A DNA stretch of 64,000 bases, from contig NZHD01000094.1 of the NCBI GenBank assembly GCA_002691205.1, positions 44 through 64,043 on the forward strand, read 5' to 3'. The notes beneath the pieces were generated by a model. The model saw nothing but the letters and a program-made list of their open reading frames with translations. It was not told the DNA's origin and did not search any database. The translations under genes were made by a program, and so were the position numbers. Source of the stretch: Deltaproteobacteria bacterium. GTDB taxonomy: Bacteria > Myxococcota_A > UBA9160 > UBA4427. Below are positions 53,882-62,916 of this stretch, one piece after another (position 1 is the stretch's first letter; each line of letters begins with the position of its first letter).

Positions 53882-54325
53882 ATGTTCCATCTTAAATTAA
53901 CACGCGTCGCTCAATTCTGGCTCGCCCTCGTTTCTTTTGCGGCGCTTTCTAGCCCAGCCACGGGGAACGAGGATGACTACCCCAATTGGAATGCCTATGT
54001 GGATGTGAGCGTCATTGAATTGATTACAGACGATGCAGACGGTGATGTGCGTAAGACTAAAGTCTGGTTTGTCCTCTTAGGAGGGGAGCCTTACCTGAGG
54101 ACAAGCAATAGCAGGTGGTTAAAGAATCTCAGACGTGACCCCAACCTCAAATTGGTGATCGAAGGCAAAGAGTACAAAGCTCAAGCGGAAGAAATCTCTG
54201 GAGATGCACTAAGAGAAAAAGTAGATATCGCGAGTCAGCGAAAGTACGGCTTTCAAGAGTCCCTCATTCGTCTTTTTAGCTTTCGACAATCACAGATCTT
54301 GAGGCTGATGCCGCGTTCAACCTAG
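53882..54325 (+). CDS. Signal-peptide-bearing PNPOx-like split-barrel protein (DUF2255/DUF385-like)
   Basis: N-terminal FWLALVSFAALSSPATG is signal-like. VWFVLLGGEPYLRTSNSRWLKNLRRDPNLKLVIEGKEY...QRKYG resembles the DUF2255 / deazaflavin-nitroreductase fold. An alternative GTG start lies at 53879. Confidence 0.45.
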   Translation: MFHLKLTRVAQFWLALVSFAALSSPATGNEDDYPNWNAYVDVSVIELITDDADGDVRKTKVWFVLLGGEPYLRTSNSRWLKNLRRDPNLKLVIEGKEYKAQAEEISGDALREKVDIASQRKYGFQESLIRLFSFRQSQILRLMPRST

Positions 54326-54367
54326 CTCCGTTGCTCTCGCGAGTATTCATGGGGGCAAAGCTGGCAT

Positions 54368-55555
54368 CTAGAGAAGAATTGGGACCTTCGCATATCCCCT
54401 CACGGTGCTTGTGTGCACCATCTCGGTGTCTTCCCAGTCGACTTCCCATTCTGGGAAACGTGCAAGGGTTTCTTCTAGTGCAATCCTCCCTTCAAGTCGA
54501 GCGAGAGAAGCGCCTAGGCAGAAGTGAGTTCCGTACCCGAGAGAGACATGGCGGTCTATTCGCCGTCGGACATTGAGTCGGTCAGGATCGGAATATTCAC
54601 GTTCGTCGCGTCCAGCAGAGGCGGTGAGGAGGAGCACCTTAGATCCTTTCGGTATCCGTTGATTGTGAAGGCTTAGATCTACCTTCAACCTTCGTGCTTG
54701 AACCGGCGAGGGGGCTTCATATCGAAGGAGTTCTTCGACTGCATTGGGGATCAGGGTTGGATCTTCCACGAGAGCGGCTCGTTCTTCAGGAAAGCGTGCG
54801 AGCGCGGTGGCCGACCAACCCAAAAAACGTGCCACGGTCTCGTTGCCAGCGCCCGATAGAAGTCCGATAAACGAAAGGAGTTCTACGTCGGTCAACTTTT
54901 GACTTTTTCCGTTCTCAAGTTTTAATTCAGCTGCGATGAGAAGTGAGATCATGTCATCGGATGGAGTCTTCCTCCTTTCCTCAATATACTGACCGAAGTA
55001 TCCCCATAGCTTTTGTGAAATGTTTTCGTGCGCATCTGTATCACCGGTCTCGCCAGGGTCGCGATGGAGTAGGGCATCGGTCCATTCTCGAATGTCATCT
55101 TGGTCTTCCTCAGGTACGCCGAGGAGCGAACTGATGACCATCACGGGCAGGAGTGCACCAAATTCACCAACGTAGTCGAAACCCTTCTCGCCTATTTTAG
55201 GGTCCAGATAACGAGCGCAAATCCGGCGAATCCGCGGTTCAAGCTCATTGATTCGTCGTGGTGAAAACGCCCGACTCACAAGTTTTCGTAGCTGAGTGTG
55301 CTCAGGCGCATCCTTCCAGATCATCATAGGTGAGGTGTTGGGTTCATCCTGCATGAGCTCGAGGACCGATCCGTAGGCTGAACTAAACCGATTCGCATCA
55401 AGGGACGCCTGTAAAACATCTTCGAATCGTGAGATCGCCCAGAAGTCATATTTCTTGTTGTAGTAGACGGGCGCCTCATCTCGCATGCGTTTCCAGACGG
55501 GGTGAGGGTTCGCGTCAATCTCGTAATCGTAGGGATCGTAATAGATCGAGCTCAT
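54368..55555 (-). CDS. Cytochrome P450
   Basis: Haem-binding FGYGTHFCLGASLARLE, ExxR (EELLRYEAP) and the AGNETV I-helix. The ATG at 55555 gives an N-terminus MSSIYYDPYDYE parallel to the paralogue at 62917. Confidence 0.92.
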   Translation of the reverse strand: MSSIYYDPYDYEIDANPHPVWKRMRDEAPVYYNKKYDFWAISRFEDVLQASLDANRFSSAYGSVLELMQDEPNTSPMMIWKDAPEHTQLRKLVSRAFSPRRINELEPRIRRICARYLDPKIGEKGFDYVGEFGALLPVMVISSLLGVPEEDQDDIREWTDALLHRDPGETGDTDAHENISQKLWGYFGQYIEERRKTPSDDMISLLIAAELKLENGKSQKLTDVELLSFIGLLSGAGNETVARFLGWSATALARFPEERAALVEDPTLIPNAVEELLRYEAPSPVQARRLKVDLSLHNQRIPKGSKVLLLTASAGRDEREYSDPDRLNVRRRIDRHVSLGYGTHFCLGASLARLEGRIALEETLARFPEWEVDWEDTEMVHTSTVRGYAKVPILL

Positions 55556-55681
55556 ATTTCGCGGCCTTCGGATTGGGGTCGAGTTCATTCAAGGCACCCA
55601 CGTGGTCACGACAGAATAGCGCTGGGTTGGCTAGACTGCTGGGATACCGTGAATGGAATAACATCCACAAGGAGCAATCAC

Positions 55682-56104
55682 ATGGAAATCACTATCTCTG
55701 AAAATTTTCAAGTATCTGCCGACAGCATCTGGAATCTTCTTCGAGATTTCGGAGGACTCTTGAAATGGAATTCGGGTTCGATTGAATCGGTCACAGTTGA
55801 TGGCGAAGGGCTCGGAGCCGTGAGGACGATTGGGCTGCCGGGGGGTGCGATTCTTCAAGAAAAGCTTGAGGCTTTTGATGATTCGGGTCGAAGCTTCAGC
55901 TACAGCTTTACCGGTAAACTTTTGCTTCCGTTTGAGAATTATCTCGCCACGATGACTGTGATTCCGACTGAAGAAGAAAGTTGCAAAGTTCGCTGGGAGT
56001 CTACATTTGACCCTGGCCCTCTGTCGGAAGCTCAAGCTAAAGAAACCATTGAAGGGGTTTATCGAAGTGGGCTTTCTGATCTCAGAAAAGCTGCAGAAGG
56101 TTGA
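55682..56104 (+). CDS. SRPBCC (polyketide cyclase/Bet v1-like) ligand-binding protein
   Basis: 141 aa. ADSIWNLLRDFGGLLKWNSG... is typical of SRPBCC proteins. AAGGAG SD before the ATG at 55682. Confidence 0.75.
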   Translation: MEITISENFQVSADSIWNLLRDFGGLLKWNSGSIESVTVDGEGLGAVRTIGLPGGAILQEKLEAFDDSGRSFSYSFTGKLLLPFENYLATMTVIPTEEESCKVRWESTFDPGPLSEAQAKETIEGVYRSGLSDLRKAAEG

Positions 56105-56168
56105 GTTGTCGACTTTCGGGTCAGTTGTCTAAGGGACATAAGTCCGCTCAAAACAAGGTGTTGAGGAA

Positions 56169-57053
56169 GTGCTTAAATCAATTGATCGTATAGTCATCGT
56201 GACCGACCAGATCGAGCAGGCTCAGCGCGACTGCGTTGCTCTCTTAGGTCGAAGCCCCTCTTGGTCAGGAGAATATCCTGGACGTGCGATTCGATACGTC
56301 CTTTTTTGTGTAGAGAACACTCGGATCGAATTGATTTCCCCAATCGGATCGGTTTCCGAGAATTCTGAACTGCGGAACCATCTGGATGCAAAGGGACCAG
56401 GCTTGTTTGGTTTGGTTTTTTCTACGATGGATATAAATGAATCGTTGGAAAGCATTCAGAAGCTAGGAATAACGTGTGGTGACCCCCTTTCGGTACTGGC
56501 TCACGATGAACCCTCGGGCGCTTATCGGCGCCTTGTGCAATCCGGGCTTTCGAAAAAGGATACGCGAGGGGTTCGCTTAAGCGTATCGTCCTCTTCGACC
56601 GCGGATGAGCTTTTGCCCCCCGCACTTCCTCTGGGAGAGGTGTCGGCGACGGTGACAAAGGTGGACCATGTTGTCATTTCTACTCGCGACGCCCATCGAG
56701 CTAAAACACTATATGGAGATAGTTTAGGGATTCGCCTAGCTCTCGATCGTAGTTTTCCAGAACGTGGCCTTCGTTTACTTTTCTTTAAGCTGGGCGGCGT
56801 GACACTTGAGTTCAGCGTGCCCACTCGTGATGATGCGGAACTAGGGTCAACTCATGAGAACGAGGATAATCTGTGGGGCTTGGCTTATCAGGTCCCGAAT
56901 GCCGATCATGCTCAAGCTCGATTAAAAGAATCGGGCTTTGATGTTTCAGATGTTCGTAAGGGGCATAAACCAGGAACTCGTGTGTTTACGATAAAATCGT
57001 CGCCCTTAGGAATTCCGACATTGATGATCGAGCCGGTAGAATCCGTCTCCTAA
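56169..57053 (+). CDS. Two-domain VOC (glyoxalase-like) family protein
   Basis: Two repeats of the VOC module (IDRIVIVTDQIEQAQRD... and VDHVVISTRDAHRAKTLY...). GTG start with a GAGGAA SD. Confidence 0.75.
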   Translation: MLKSIDRIVIVTDQIEQAQRDCVALLGRSPSWSGEYPGRAIRYVLFCVENTRIELISPIGSVSENSELRNHLDAKGPGLFGLVFSTMDINESLESIQKLGITCGDPLSVLAHDEPSGAYRRLVQSGLSKKDTRGVRLSVSSSSTADELLPPALPLGEVSATVTKVDHVVISTRDAHRAKTLYGDSLGIRLALDRSFPERGLRLLFFKLGGVTLEFSVPTRDDAELGSTHENEDNLWGLAYQVPNADHAQARLKESGFDVSDVRKGHKPGTRVFTIKSSPLGIPTLMIEPVESVS

Positions 57054-57119
57054 AGCCGTTCTACGGAATCTAGTCAGGTGATCGCGCGGAGTGCCCCCAT
57101 CTCATTCCTGCCGTGGGGT

Positions 57120-57665
57120 CTACATGGGGTTTGGGTACGGGAAGTAGCTGGTCCAGACGAGAGCATCCAGAAGGGTGGTCTGGAGATTGAACGCAAGGAT
57201 CCCTAGAAGCGCTAGCCAAAAGCCAACGGCGCCAGCGTGAGAACGAAGCCGCACGATGGCATAGAGTAGTCCAAGTGAACCGAGGGCCGTTATGGCCAGA
57301 ACAAGGCGAACCAAGAGCCAAAGAAAGTCACTGGGTGCTTGAAGAAGTTCAAAGGTGAGGGGAAGCCACAGGGCGGAGGGGATCAGCACCAAGAGGTAGA
57401 GCCAATTGATAATTGAGAAAGAGAAGGGGCCGCTCTGATCCAATTTCTGAGGGTCGACTCGGAAGAGAAAAAAAGGAGTAAAGAGGAAGTACCCGGCTGC
57501 AGCTGTCAGCATGGAATATGTATAAAAGGGCTTCATGCTTTCCGGGATGCCTCCCCAGATGCCTCCACGTGTTTCTGGAAACCCAAGCAGCCCCCAAGCG
57601 TAGCTCCCGAGAACGGCCAAACCTCCTATGATATTGATGATGACCATCGCAGTACGTGTATTCAT
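57120..57665 (-). CDS. Hypothetical polytopic membrane protein
   Basis: About 6 hydrophobic helices. The ATG at 57665 lies 32 nt downstream of the ppk stop. The longer track ORF overlaps ppk. Confidence 0.5.
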   Translation of the reverse strand: MNTRTAMVIINIIGGLAVLGSYAWGLLGFPETRGGIWGGIPESMKPFYTYSMLTAAAGYFLFTPFFLFRVDPQKLDQSGPFSFSIINWLYLLVLIPSALWLPLTFELLQAPSDFLWLLVRLVLAITALGSLGLLYAIVRLRSHAGAVGFWLALLGILAFNLQTTLLDALVWTSYFPYPNPM

Positions 57666-57697
57666 TCTGTTCCAATCCTTTGGAGGTTTAGATACGG

Positions 57698-59773
57698 TTA
57701 ACTCGGCTCTTTTCGGGGGTCCATTCGTTGACTCAGGCGATTCATGAAAGTTTCCTGGGCACAAAAGTCAGGTTCATCCGTGATGGCTTTCCATTCACCA
57801 TCGCTGGATAGAGACCAAGCATTTCGGCTCTCAGCGAGATTGAGATCTAGGATCTCTTCGATGCGCGTTTGGAGGTCGAGCGATTCGACCGGGACGAGAG
57901 TTTCGACGCGCTCCGTGAGATTTCGAGGCATGAGGTCGGCCGAGCCGATGAAATAGTCTGCCCCGCGATCTTTAGCTCCAAAACGATAAATTCGTGAGTG
58001 CTCGAGAAATCCTCCAAGGATAGACCGGACCCGAATATTCTCAGAGACACCCGGAAGACCCGGCCTCAGACCACAGACGCTGCGTACAATCAGATCGATT
58101 TGAACACCCGCGCGGGACGCCGAATAGAGTTCGTCGATAATTTCTGGATCAGAGAGATTGTTTACTTTGATCACAATTCGTCCATCGGGCAGACCCATTT
58201 CGCGATGAATGAGCGCAATGAGTTCCTGGCGAAGAGAGTGGGGGGCTACGAGTAGCTTTCGGTAGCTAGGCTCTTGACTGATTCCCGTCAAATGATTGAA
58301 GAGATTTGTGAGATCTTCACCGATTACTTCTGAGGCGGTAAGCAATCCTACATCTTCGTAGATGCGGGCCGTTACCGGATGATAGTTGCCGGTCCCAATG
58401 TGGCAGTACCGTCGAATTCGTTTTCCGTCCTGTCGGACGACAAGCGTAATTTTTGCATGTGTTTTGAGGCCCACTAACCCATACACTACATGCACACCGG
58501 ATCGCTCAAGTGACTGGGCCCACTCGATATTGGCACTTTCGTCAAATCGAGCGGTGAGTTCCACAAGAGTAACGACTTGTTTCCCGGCGGCCGCTGCGCG
58601 CGCTAGGGCTTGGAACAGAGAAGTTTCGGGACCTGAACTCCTGTAAAGAGTATGCTTGATCGCCAATACATTTGGATCATCAGCAGCTTGGTTCAAGAAG
58701 GCGACCACTGAGGCATCGAAGGATTCATAAGGGTGATGAACAAGCACGTCTTGTTTGCGCAGGACTTCGAAGATTGATTTCGCCCCCCCCTCTCGGCTTG
58801 AAAAGGCGCGCGGCGTTTTGGGGACCCAAGGCTCTGATTTGAGTTCAGGTCGCGAAATTTGGTAGACCTCCCAAAGGTGGCGTAGGTCGAGTGGAGACGT
58901 TTGGCAGTACGTATCCGACTCAGAGAGTCCGAGCTCTGCATACAACAGAGAGCTCACCTCTTCAGCCATATCTTCTGCAATCTCAAGTCGTACGGCTGGG
59001 CTGGATAGCCTTAGTTTGAGAAGGCCAGACTCCATCGCTTCACGTAGGTCTTCAGACTCACGCAGGTTTAGATCGATGATGGCATCGCGCGTCAAGCGGA
59101 AGGGGTCTTGACTAGCGATCTTCATACCGGGGAAAAGCATGTTCAAGTGAGCTGCGATCACGTCCTCGATGAGAACGAATGAATGTTCTCTTTCGATGGG
59201 CTGTAATCGCGGGAGCGAGGAGGGCACTTTTACTCGTGCGAATCTGAGCGATCGATCATTTCGGTCAACGAGCAATACGGCTAAGTTGAGAGAAAGGTTC
59301 GATATAAAAGGAAAAGGATGGGCTGGATCCACGGCCAGCGGCGTTAGGACGGGGAAGATATCTCGTTCAAAGTGGTCTTGCAGATCAGACGCCTGTTTTG
59401 CACTGAGTTCATTTAACTTCATAATTCGGATATCGTTTTCCGCGAGTTCGGGGAGAATCGATTTCTGATAGATAGAAGAGGCGCGTATGTGTTGCTCCGA
59501 CACATAATCGTGTATTAATTGAAGTTGAGACTCAGGCTTTAGCCCGTCGATGGAAGGCGTATCCATTTTTGAGTCGATTTGCGCTTTGAGGCCCGCGACA
59601 CGAATCTGAAAAAATTCATCGAGATTAGAACCAAAAATCGCGAGAAATTTAGCCCGTTCAAGCAAAGGTAAAGAGGTGTCCTCAGCCAAGCTGAGGATCC
59701 GGCTTTCAAATTGCAGACGGGAGAACTCCCGATTGAGATAAAGAGACTGAAGGCCGTCCGTTTTGGTTTCCAT
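57698..59773 (-). CDS. ppk1: Polyphosphate kinase 1
   Basis: N-terminal YLNREFSRLQFESRIL, the autophosphorylation region GTGNYHP, and two PLD-like C-terminal domains. The ATG at 59773 is preferred over the GTG at 59806. Confidence 0.93.
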   Translation of the reverse strand: METKTDGLQSLYLNREFSRLQFESRILSLAEDTSLPLLERAKFLAIFGSNLDEFFQIRVAGLKAQIDSKMDTPSIDGLKPESQLQLIHDYVSEQHIRASSIYQKSILPELAENDIRIMKLNELSAKQASDLQDHFERDIFPVLTPLAVDPAHPFPFISNLSLNLAVLLVDRNDRSLRFARVKVPSSLPRLQPIEREHSFVLIEDVIAAHLNMLFPGMKIASQDPFRLTRDAIIDLNLRESEDLREAMESGLLKLRLSSPAVRLEIAEDMAEEVSSLLYAELGLSESDTYCQTSPLDLRHLWEVYQISRPELKSEPWVPKTPRAFSSREGGAKSIFEVLRKQDVLVHHPYESFDASVVAFLNQAADDPNVLAIKHTLYRSSGPETSLFQALARAAAAGKQVVTLVELTARFDESANIEWAQSLERSGVHVVYGLVGLKTHAKITLVVRQDGKRIRRYCHIGTGNYHPVTARIYEDVGLLTASEVIGEDLTNLFNHLTGISQEPSYRKLLVAPHSLRQELIALIHREMGLPDGRIVIKVNNLSDPEIIDELYSASRAGVQIDLIVRSVCGLRPGLPGVSENIRVRSILGGFLEHSRIYRFGAKDRGADYFIGSADLMPRNLTERVETLVPVESLDLQTRIEEILDLNLAESRNAWSLSSDGEWKAITDEPDFCAQETFMNRLSQRMDPRKEPS

Positions 59774-60034
59774 GATCAGATTTACTTTCTGTGTTGACTT
59801 TTTCACGATAGGCGGAAATCGAGTAGAACATGACCGTTTCCCTCGATCTCAGCGACCCCTGAGTATATCGAATCTGAGTTGAGAGCCTTCATCCTACTTC
59901 TACGCCTGATTTAATGGACGCGTAGGGTAGCTAGAGAGGGTTCTCGTCGAATTCGATTCGTGAAGGCGCTGATGTTGATGAGGAGATTTAGCCCAGAAGC
60001 TCAGCACGCTTTTTTTCGGGTTTCGCGAATTGGC

Positions 60035-61249
60035 TTAGAAATCTAGAGAAACACCGAAGGTGAGAATCAAATCATTCTTATCGGGGACCACGCCGTCAGA
60101 AGAAGCGATTGGGTTGCCAATCCTTGTCCAATTGGCCGTGGAGTTCACGCTTACGTGCTTAGTGATATCGACGTCGAGCTTTAAAATGCCTTGTTGGTCG
60201 AGGTACGAGGTGGCAGGGACTGCGAGGGTGATTGTGTAGTTTGCATGGAGTGTGATGTCGCTCGTGATGTCATATTTGAGATCAGATCCGATTGAAAAGG
60301 CAGCAGATTCAAACACAGGAGGTTCGTTTCCTGTTGTAGAGACGTATCGCACGCGCTGATAGAGCAAGTTTGCATTCACTTGCCACTCGAGTTCAGAGCG
60401 TTCAAAAAACTGGTACCCGACTCCAACGCCTGGCTTATAGCGGGTGTCAATATTTGAGAAGATGTCAGAGTAAAATTCGAAACTTGCTGGAATCAAATAG
60501 AATCGATCATAGATGAAGAGATCAGCCTGAAGGTTGACTTGTTGGTTCTGAACATTCGTGACATCGTTGGTGGTTCCGATATTTCCGTAGTAATTGGTTT
60601 CGATGCGCAGGAATGCCCCTCGTCGCTTGAGATTGGCCTGCAGGTTTACGGTGGTCTGATTCGTGTTGCCTGAAGTGGATGAAACGCCAGCGGTGAGGGT
60701 CCCCGTCCAGAGCTTGAATTCAGTGCGATCACCCACCACAACAGAGATTAGTTGCTGACGTGGGTAGTACATTTTTCCAGCCGCGGTGTCGATGATGACT
60801 TGATCTTTGGTAATGCGGCCGACGCCGATCACAAGGCGTTGGTTTGTGAATACAAAGGTATTGACGGTCGAGGAGTAGGTTTGCAGGACATCCTTCATGT
60901 CGATTTCAATAGTGTCAAAGTTATCACTGTCGAATTCCATATTGTCGTGACGGATGACTTTGATTGTTCCCTTCAGCCATTCACCGGTGGTCAGCTCAAC
61001 CCATTCCCATTTCGCAGGGGCCATTTTGGGTGGGTACCAACGCGGTGCTCCACTCTCAAAAGAGGGCATAGAGATCGGACTGGGAGCCGGCTTCGTGTCT
61101 GTTGAATTTTCTTTGGTTTTCTCAGGAAGGGAAACGGTCTGTTCATCCCCAGGCGCGGCTGTACTGTTCGTTGCATCAGCGGAGGGAATGCCAGCAAATG
61201 TTACGATTAAGATAAGAGAAAAGAGTTTAAAGATTTTCAGAACGTTCAC
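60035..61249 (-). CDS. DUF481-like outer-membrane beta-barrel protein with an N-terminal extra domain
   Basis: Signal peptide (FAGIPSADA), a Ser/Thr/Asn-rich alternating strand pattern, and a C-terminal LTFGVSLDF. GTG start. Confidence 0.6.
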   Translation of the reverse strand: MNVLKIFKLFSLILIVTFAGIPSADATNSTAAPGDEQTVSLPEKTKENSTDTKPAPSPISMPSFESGAPRWYPPKMAPAKWEWVELTTGEWLKGTIKVIRHDNMEFDSDNFDTIEIDMKDVLQTYSSTVNTFVFTNQRLVIGVGRITKDQVIIDTAAGKMYYPRQQLISVVVGDRTEFKLWTGTLTAGVSSTSGNTNQTTVNLQANLKRRGAFLRIETNYYGNIGTTNDVTNVQNQQVNLQADLFIYDRFYLIPASFEFYSDIFSNIDTRYKPGVGVGYQFFERSELEWQVNANLLYQRVRYVSTTGNEPPVFESAAFSIGSDLKYDITSDITLHANYTITLAVPATSYLDQQGILKLDVDITKHVSVNSTANWTRIGNPIASSDGVVPDKNDLILTFGVSLDF

Positions 61250-61326
61250 GATCCGTGGAGTTTTGCACGTGTACGGAGATCCGGTAAGTACCGAAAGCCT
61301 TGGATTTTAATTTTAGTCGAGCCTTT

Positions 61327-61968
61327 TCACTTTTTAGATTGATCTCGTAATTCTCTGTAGAGCGTATCCTTGACCAGCTTCAGTTGATCCAGATTGTCCT
61401 GAGTGTTCGCTTTTCCCAACATTTGGGTAGAGGCAAGACCTGTGAGGACCGAAACGGTATACTGCTGGAGCAGTCGGGCTCGTTGTCTTTTAATTTGGAC
61501 GTCGCTGAAGATCCGAGTCCAAATTCTCTGCCAGGCCTGGGACATTTCAGATTGCCAAACAGATTCCGGCTGCGATTGATCGGAACCAGCGAAATTCAGA
61601 AGAATTTCGAATGTGGATCGGTATTCAGCTCCACCAAAGTGTTCCCAAGCCCGATCGATGAAGAGGTCTATACGCTTTTCAAGGGATGTGCCTTTTTGAT
61701 TGATATCGTCTAGTCGCCGGGCAAAGTGTCCGAAAGAATCTTCAAGCACGGCGATGAGTATTCCGTCTTTGTCTCCGAAGTGGTGCTGGGCAGCGCCCCA
61801 GGTGACGCCTGCTCTACGCACGATCTCGGCCGCCGTCGTGTTCTGAAATCCCACATCCGAAATGGAGTCGACGACAGCGTCTATGATTTTTCGTCGGGTC
61901 TCGGCCGTACGCTCGGCATGAGAGCGCCGTTGCACCCGGTCTGAGTGTTTTCGGACAGCTTGTGTCAT
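61327..61968 (-). CDS. TetR/AcrR family transcriptional regulator
   Basis: HTH FQNTTAAEIVRRAGVTWGAAQHHFGDKDGIL. Its start overlaps the upstream gene's stop (ATGA). Confidence 0.9.
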   Translation of the reverse strand: MTQAVRKHSDRVQRRSHAERTAETRRKIIDAVVDSISDVGFQNTTAAEIVRRAGVTWGAAQHHFGDKDGILIAVLEDSFGHFARRLDDINQKGTSLEKRIDLFIDRAWEHFGGAEYRSTFEILLNFAGSDQSQPESVWQSEMSQAWQRIWTRIFSDVQIKRQRARLLQQYTVSVLTGLASTQMLGKANTQDNLDQLKLVKDTLYRELRDQSKK

Positions 61969-62828
61969 CGGCGTCCGCGGTCCTCGACCCCGTAAATACG
62001 CGCCATCGATTGAGCGACAAGACCGGTCACGGGGAGGCCGACTTCAGATTTCCGAGCTAGCTGGAGCGCCCAGGCCAGATCCTTTTCGGCAACGTTCATA
62101 AAGCCTCGCATGGCAGTCTGTAAGCCTTCGCTCTCGCGGACCTCGGGAGGCAGGGACTGACTTTGCAAGAAAGCCGACATGAGAGGAGTTAATTGCCCGT
62201 TGGCTTTGCCCGCTTCTTCCAAAACTTCTTTTGGTAAGTCAATGGCTTGAGCGAGGGCGAAGGATTCCGAAACGGCGGCCCATTGGATATACGTAATCAT
62301 ATTGAGACAGAGCTTGAGTTTGGCGCCATTCCCGACAGGGCCTGCATGGATGATATGAGCAGATGTACATTCAAGCATCGGTCGCGCTTTTTCAAGGTCT
62401 TCTTGATCTCCGCCAACCATGTAGGTGAGTTCTTTACTCTGAGCACGTGCAGCTCCTCCGGTGACGCATGCGTCGAGGAGAGCGACGCCTTGTTGGGCTG
62501 CTTCTGAAGACAATTCGATTGCTGTTTGAGGCAGAATCGTGCTGTGAATCAGAATCACCGTTCCGGGAGCAGCCCCGGCGAGAATTCCGTTTTTACCTTG
62601 AACGACGTCACGCACGTGATCATCTTCGGGTACGCAAACCCCGATCAGAGAGGCACTCTCTCCGACCTCGCGTGGAGAGGTGGCTCCCTGGGCTCCGCTT
62701 TGTTCGAGTTCATGAATTTTTTGCGGATCAACATCATAGACAGTGGTCTGGAAGCCAGAGGGTGCGTAGTGGGTTGCGATGGGACCGCCTTGGTTCCCTA
62801 GCCCAATAAATCCGACACGGATCGCCAT
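61965..62828 (-). CDS. NAD(P)-dependent oxidoreductase of the 3-hydroxyisobutyrate/6-phosphogluconate dehydrogenase family
   Basis: IRVGFIGLGNQGGPIA Rossmann motif. The ATG at 62828 has a GAGGAG SD. The track ORF extends to 62882. Confidence 0.85.
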   Translation of the reverse strand: MAIRVGFIGLGNQGGPIATHYAPSGFQTTVYDVDPQKIHELEQSGAQGATSPREVGESASLIGVCVPEDDHVRDVVQGKNGILAGAAPGTVILIHSTILPQTAIELSSEAAQQGVALLDACVTGGAARAQSKELTYMVGGDQEDLEKARPMLECTSAHIIHAGPVGNGAKLKLCLNMITYIQWAAVSESFALAQAIDLPKEVLEEAGKANGQLTPLMSAFLQSQSLPPEVRESEGLQTAMRGFMNVAEKDLAWALQLARKSEVGLPVTGLVAQSMARIYGVEDRGRR

Positions 62829-62874
62829 AGGGTGGTTCTCCTCGGTGTAAGTTGACGAAAACTCAGAGTATCCA

Positions 62875-62900
62875 ATTTGCATTGCAAGCGCTATGCAAAT
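62875..62900. promoter_or_regulatory. Inverted repeat ATTTGCAT-N10-ATGCAAAT in the TetR-operon/P450 divergent region (candidate TetR operator)
   Basis: Perfect 8-bp arms at 62875-62882 and 62893-62900. It lies between the dehydrogenase-TetR operon start (62828) and the P450 start (62917). Confidence 0.45.
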
Positions 62901-62916
62901 GGCATAGCGTAAGGAC

